Shown here piece by piece: positions 27,979 through 32,084 of a stretch of 32,084 nucleotides of DNA. The notes below the pieces were generated by a model, which saw only the letters and a list, made by a program, of their open reading frames with translations, ran no database searches and had not been told where the DNA came from. The stretch comes from an uncultured Planctomycetaceae bacterium. Its GTDB lineage: Bacteria > Planctomycetota > Phycisphaerae > Sedimentisphaerales > UBA12454. How positions within the stretch are numbered: position 1 is the first letter of the stretch; each line of letters starts with the position of its first letter. The stretch lies in contig CAYTQR010000004.1 of assembly GCA_964440045.1 (NCBI GenBank), positions 1 through 32,084 of the forward strand, in the 5' to 3' direction. Both the position numbers and the translations under genes were made by a program.

Positions 27979-28133
27979 AAATACTTTTCATTAGTATTGA
28001 TTGTATTTCTTATCAGCCTTATATCTTCACCCGATTAGGTTGCCGCAGAGATTTTGTATGTCTTATTTTGTAATTCTTTTGCTGCCGCTACAGTCGGGTA
28101 TAATTACTTATCATAAAAACCCTCCTGCAATGT

Positions 28134-29183
28134 TCAATCAATCATGTCCCACTTTAACGGCGTTCCGCGGGAAATATCTGTTTTGGCTTTCTTTCCAATT
28201 ATTTCATTGAGATATTCGGGCGCAAGGCCACCTGATGGTCTTATGGAGCGTACGTTCTGGCTGGTAAACTTTTCACCAGTTTTAATATCTTCCACAACAA
28301 ATAATGAACGGGCGAATTTTCTATTCGATTGAATCTTTTCAGACAGTCGATATGTTGCCTGGCCAAGCATTTTTTCCGTATTTCTAATGTTGATTGCCAT
28401 TCGCCTGAATTCATCCGGTTCAAGAGAAAATGCTGCATCAGGCCCACCCTGACTCCTGGCAAGAGTCAGATGTTTTTCGATTATGCATGTGCCCAGTGCA
28501 ACCGAAACCGAAGCAACAAAAGTATCCAGCGTATGGTCGGAAAGACCTATTAAAACATCAAATTTTTTCTGAAGGTCGGGGATCATCCGCAAATTCATCT
28601 GGTCCAGTGAAGCGGGATAACTACTCGTACATTTAAGCAGGACTATTTGATTATTACCGACACTTTTACAGACAGATACGGCTTGTTCAATTTCCTCCAG
28701 TTTCGCTATACCAGTTGATATTATTACAGGTTTTTTCCTGGATGCTGTGTATTTAATAAACGGGATATCTGTAATTTCAAAAGAAGCTATTTTATATGCC
28801 GGCACATCAAGCTGTTCGAGGAAGTCAACTGCCGATTTATCAAAAGGCGTGGAAAAAAAGATTAGTCCCATATCTTCAGCCAGTTTTTTCAGCTCCCCAT
28901 GCCACTCCCACGGCATATAAGCTTCTTTATATAATTGATATAGGATTTTGCCATCCCAGATAGTGCCGTGTTTTATCTGAAAGTCTTCCTTTTCACAATT
29001 AATTGTCATTGTATCCGGTGTATATGTCTGTACCTTTACTGCATCCGCCCCGCTTTTGCTTGCGGCCTTTATCAGTTCAACAGCAACATCTAATTTTTGA
29101 AGATGATTTGCCGATAATTCTGCTACAATGAAGGCAGGTTTGTCAGTTCCGATTTCTTTGTCAGCTATCTTAATTACAGACAT
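28134..29183 (-). CDS. pseI: Pseudaminic acid synthase
   Basis: FIVAELSANH, KVQTYTPDTMT, AYMPWEWH, KIASFE, GLSDHT, EKHLTL, GGPDAAFSLEP, C-terminal SAF domain (RSIRPSGGLAP). Confidence 0.93.
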   Translation of the reverse strand: MSVIKIADKEIGTDKPAFIVAELSANHLQKLDVAVELIKAASKSGADAVKVQTYTPDTMTINCEKEDFQIKHGTIWDGKILYQLYKEAYMPWEWHGELKKLAEDMGLIFFSTPFDKSAVDFLEQLDVPAYKIASFEITDIPFIKYTASRKKPVIISTGIAKLEEIEQAVSVCKSVGNNQIVLLKCTSSYPASLDQMNLRMIPDLQKKFDVLIGLSDHTLDTFVASVSVALGTCIIEKHLTLARSQGGPDAAFSLEPDEFRRMAINIRNTEKMLGQATYRLSEKIQSNRKFARSLFVVEDIKTGEKFTSQNVRSIRPSGGLAPEYLNEIIGKKAKTDISRGTPLKWDMID

Positions 29184-29694
29184 TTATCAGTTCTTTTCTG
29201 TATTTATTCCAGTCTTTAGCGGAAAAAGAAAAGGTTAGGATATTCTCTTTTTCGTTGTATTTTTCCGTTCCGGTCGGCCTAAATTTGAATTGGGTGTACA
29301 AATGTATCACTCTCAGGTTCGCTGACAGCACTTTTGTTATCAGCTCATCATATTTCATGAAATCGAAATAAAGCATCAGAAGTTTACATATCATTTTTCG
29401 TCCCAATCCCTTACCGAGAAAGGAATCCTCGCCTATATAAAAACCCCATTCTGATGTCCGCCTAACAGCGTCAATATTACTTAAAGAAACGATTCCGAAT
29501 GGTGTATCGTCAAGAAAAACTACCCATAATTTCTGGGTATCACCGGTTGTAAGCTTCTCCAGCCATGTTTGATGTTCCTGTGAACTGATTACATGCTGGG
29601 TCAACATACATTTCCTGACGCGTTCCTCATTCCGCCATATCCGGACCTTTTCCTTTAATTCATCATCTACATCAAGAATATTAATAAGCTTCAT
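29170..29694 (-). CDS. pseH: UDP-4-amino-4,6-dideoxy-AltNAc N-acetyltransferase (GNAT)
   Basis: VRIWRN..VR..M...ISSQEH..W, EWGFYIG, GKGLG. Lies between pseC and pseI. Start placed at ATG 29694 (track 29721). Confidence 0.82.
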   Translation of the reverse strand: MKLINILDVDDELKEKVRIWRNEERVRKCMLTQHVISSQEHQTWLEKLTTGDTQKLWVVFLDDTPFGIVSLSNIDAVRRTSEWGFYIGEDSFLGKGLGRKMICKLLMLYFDFMKYDELITKVLSANLRVIHLYTQFKFRPTGTEKYNEKENILTFSFSAKDWNKYRKELINVCN

Positions 29695-29732
29695 TTGTTC
29701 CAATAAATAAGTCATAAGCATTAGGCTGCAGA

Positions 29733-30893
29733 TTAAAAATCTTTAAGGACCTCATTCAGCAAAGCAATGACATTCTGCGCATCTTTATCACTCATCATCG
29801 GGTAAATGGGAATGCTGATTTGCCTGCTGTAAAAGTCCTCTGCAACCAGGCAAAGACCTTTCCTGAAACCTGACTTTTGATAAAATGGTTGTAAATAAAC
29901 CGGTATATAGTGAACCTGAACCCACAGACCTTTTTGGCGAAGCTTGCTGAAAATTTCAACCTTTCGCTGAACATATTTATCTTTTAGTCTTATTGGATAT
30001 AAATGCCACGCGCTATCGGTATAATTCTTTCCAACAGGAACATCAAAATAACTGCTCCCGCTGAAAACTTTGGCATATTGCAAGGCAATCTCTTTACATC
30101 TATTGATGAATCGGTCAATTTTTTTCAGCTGGGAAATACCTAATGCCGCCTGAATATCTGTTATGCGGTAATTAAACCCGAGATAATGCATTTCATAATA
30201 CCACGCCCCTGCCTGCTTAGCGGCTTTTGTCATAAACTTTTCATCTTTTGTAACACCATGATGCCTGAACATCACAAGTTTATTATAGTATTCTTCACTG
30301 TTTGTCGTTACCGCCCCCCCCTCTCCTGTTGTAATGCTCTTTACCGGATGAAAACTAAAGACAGCCATATCCGAAAATCGACAATTACCAATAGCTTGGC
30401 CTTTATACTTTGCCCCAAGCGCATGGCAGGCATCTTCAATAAGGATGAGATTATGTTTTTTTGCAATTCTGGATATCTTGTCCATATCTGCCGGTAATCC
30501 GCTATAATGTACAGGGATAAGTAATTTTGTTTTTTGGGTTATCGCTTTTTCAATCAAATTGGCATTTATATTGCCCGTATCGGGCTCAACATCGACAAAA
30601 ACAACCTTTGCCCCCAGATACAATGCTGCATTTGCTGTCGCAAGAAATGTTATCGGCGAAGTTATGACCTCATCGCCGCTGTTCAGCCCAGCCGCAAAAT
30701 ATGCTCCGTGTAATGCAGCTGTGCCGGAAGAGAAAGCAACCGCATATTTTGTGCCGCAATATTCAGCCAGGGCCTTTTCAAATTCGACAATTTTAGGTCC
30801 CTGCGTCAGAAAATCAGACTTCAAAACCTCTGTCACAGCCTGAATGTCGTCCTGTTCTATACACTGCCTGCTGTAAGGCAAAATCTTACTCAA
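29733..30893 (-). CDS. pseC: UDP-4-amino-4,6-dideoxy-AltNAc transaminase (DegT family)
   Basis: LPYSRQ, LTQGP, SSGTAALH, EDACHALG, SFHPVKSITTGEGG, GFNYRITD. The likely TTG start at 30893 overlaps the pseB stop, with AAGGAA upstream. Confidence 0.92.
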   Translation of the reverse strand: MSKILPYSRQCIEQDDIQAVTEVLKSDFLTQGPKIVEFEKALAEYCGTKYAVAFSSGTAALHGAYFAAGLNSGDEVITSPITFLATANAALYLGAKVVFVDVEPDTGNINANLIEKAITQKTKLLIPVHYSGLPADMDKISRIAKKHNLILIEDACHALGAKYKGQAIGNCRFSDMAVFSFHPVKSITTGEGGAVTTNSEEYYNKLVMFRHHGVTKDEKFMTKAAKQAGAWYYEMHYLGFNYRITDIQAALGISQLKKIDRFINRCKEIALQYAKVFSGSSYFDVPVGKNYTDSAWHLYPIRLKDKYVQRKVEIFSKLRQKGLWVQVHYIPVYLQPFYQKSGFRKGLCLVAEDFYSRQISIPIYPMMSDKDAQNVIALLNEVLKDF

Positions 30894-31878
30894 GCTTAAA
30901 TTCCTTAACCATTTCCTCCATCTGGTTTCTATCAATCCAGTTTTCATTTATATCGCTTTGAAAAACGAAATCTTTAGGCACTGCCGGACAATTCCTATAC
31001 GCTTCAAGCGTTTCGTCGCAGACAAAAAATTGAGGCATAATCACATAAATGCCGTCAAACATCAGGGTATTTCTTGTCTCATCACAGGAAACAAGAACTT
31101 CGTGAAGTTTTTCTCCAGGCCGAATGCCGGTAAACCTGAATTTGCACCTTGGTTCTATGGCCTTTGCAAGGTCGGTTATCTTCATCGAAGGTATCTTTGG
31201 CACAAAAGTCTCACCACCACAGGAACATTCGAGAGCTTTTAAAACAAGGTTAACGCCCTGGTCAAGCGTAATCCAAAATCGTGTCATTCTTTCGTCCGTA
31301 ATAGGAAATTCTTTTTGCCCCTGTTTTTTTAACTGCATAAAAAATGGAATCACGCTCCCACGCGAGCCAACCACATTGCCGTATCTAACCACGGAGAATT
31401 TTACTTTTGTACCGGCATAGGCATTGGCGGCTACAAAAATCTTCTCAGCGACCAGTTTACTTGCCCCATAGAGATTAACCGGATTGACAGCTTTATCTGT
31501 CGAGATGGCAACAACTTTTTTTACATCTCTGTCGATAGCAGCATCAACGATATTATCTGCCCCTATTACATTTGTTTTTACCGCTTCGGTCGGATTATAT
31601 TCCAGTGCCGGCACTTGTTTTAAGGCCGCGGTATGGATTACATAATCAACCCCTTCAAAGGCTCGGTAGAGCCTGTCTTTGTCTCTTATATCACCGAGAA
31701 AGAAACGCAGTTTGTTAGAGTATTTCAACATCTTCTGTCTCATAATGTACTGTTTATATTCGTCTCGTGAGTAAATAATAACTTTGCGAGGCTTAAACTC
31801 ACTCAGCACCCTCCATGTGAAGCGATTGCCGAAAGAACCTGTTCCTCCCGTTATCAGAATGGTCTTGTCATTAAGCAT
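30886..31878 (-). CDS. pseB: UDP-N-acetylglucosamine 4,6-dehydratase (inverting)
   Basis: ITGGTGSFG, SRDEYKQ, AALKQVP..EYNP, STDKA.NP.NLYGASK, RYGNVVGSRGSV, TRFWI, GIRPGEKLHE. Confidence 0.95.
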   Translation of the reverse strand: MLNDKTILITGGTGSFGNRFTWRVLSEFKPRKVIIYSRDEYKQYIMRQKMLKYSNKLRFFLGDIRDKDRLYRAFEGVDYVIHTAALKQVPALEYNPTEAVKTNVIGADNIVDAAIDRDVKKVVAISTDKAVNPVNLYGASKLVAEKIFVAANAYAGTKVKFSVVRYGNVVGSRGSVIPFFMQLKKQGQKEFPITDERMTRFWITLDQGVNLVLKALECSCGGETFVPKIPSMKITDLAKAIEPRCKFRFTGIRPGEKLHEVLVSCDETRNTLMFDGIYVIMPQFFVCDETLEAYRNCPAVPKDFVFQSDINENWIDRNQMEEMVKEFKLE

Positions 31879-31996
31879 TTTCTTTTCCTTAAATACCTGC
31901 CCGATATTCCAATTGCCTCAATCTGTTTAGACTCCGTCCCTGTCGGTTGTACACAATACCGCGATAAAAAAGCCTCCTTTGCATACATGCCTGTAA

Positions 31997-32079
31997 ACCC
32001 CGTTAGAGAATTTCGTTTTCATTTGTTCTCTAACAGTTTTAATCCATTGCCAGCTTTAAGCTTTTTTCTCTAACGGGGT
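31997..32079. mobile_element. Small MITE/REP-like element with 14-bp perfect terminal inverted repeats
   Basis: ACCCCGTTAGAGAA (31997-32010) and TTCTCTAACGGGGT (32066-32079), with an internal partial copy TTCTCTAAC at 32026-32034. Confidence 0.65.
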
Positions 32080-32084
32080 AAATA

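Noticed and set aside
27979-28133. Cobalamin riboswitch upstream of the B12 radical SAM gene
   Set aside because: The conserved GGGAA, GCCACTG and B12-box motifs are not visible on the minus strand.
30314-30321. G8 tract in pseC as a phase-variation switch
   Set aside because: It encodes the conserved TTGEGG motif and is short, so protein constraint explains it. Read-level variation would be needed.
4586-31420. Numerous 60-170-aa plus-strand ORFs and short alternate-frame ORFs in the ORF track
   Set aside because: They lie antisense to or within well-supported genes and show no recognisable motifs; treated as shadow ORFs.
31879-31996. Possible 3' remnant of a gene upstream of pseB (minus-strand frame reading MYAKEAFLSRYCVQPTG...)
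   Set aside because: Too short, the frame is closed within the inverted-repeat element, and there is no recognisable family. It cannot be supported without flanking sequence.

Overview
The window has three parts. (1) 1-600 is the end of an rRNA operon: the 3' end of 23S rRNA carrying a ~107-nt long-stem insertion at helix 98, a short (~109-nt) 5S rRNA and a terminator. The short 5S and the zinc-ribbon membrane protein that follows suggest Planctomycetota (inference). (2) 600-4020 is an accessory stretch with two hypothetical genes, each with its own promoter, bounded by copies of the 9-mer GTTATCGCC from the 5S 3' end (545, 707, 2259, 3675). The 2259 copy also carries a diverged duplicate of the 5S tail and terminator. 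This looks like integrase-free single-gene cassettes stacked at a 5S rRNA att site, mixed with nested REP-like palindromes. (3) 4021-31878 is a ~28-kb minus-strand surface-glycan locus. It holds a pseudaminic acid module (pseB, pseC, pseH, pseI, an SpsF-type cytidylyltransferase, no pseG) and a second, unusual nonulosonate module (CBS-fused NDP-sugar dehydrogenase, HAD phosphatase, ManC-like guanylyltransferase, short NeuB, NeuA-methyltransferase fusion, putative transferase). It also has two B12-dependent radical SAM enzymes, several class I methyltransferases, gmd, an ABC flippase-like exporter and GT4/GT2 glycosyltransferases. A small inverted-repeat element ends the window. All calls come from motif recognition by eye; no database searches were run.
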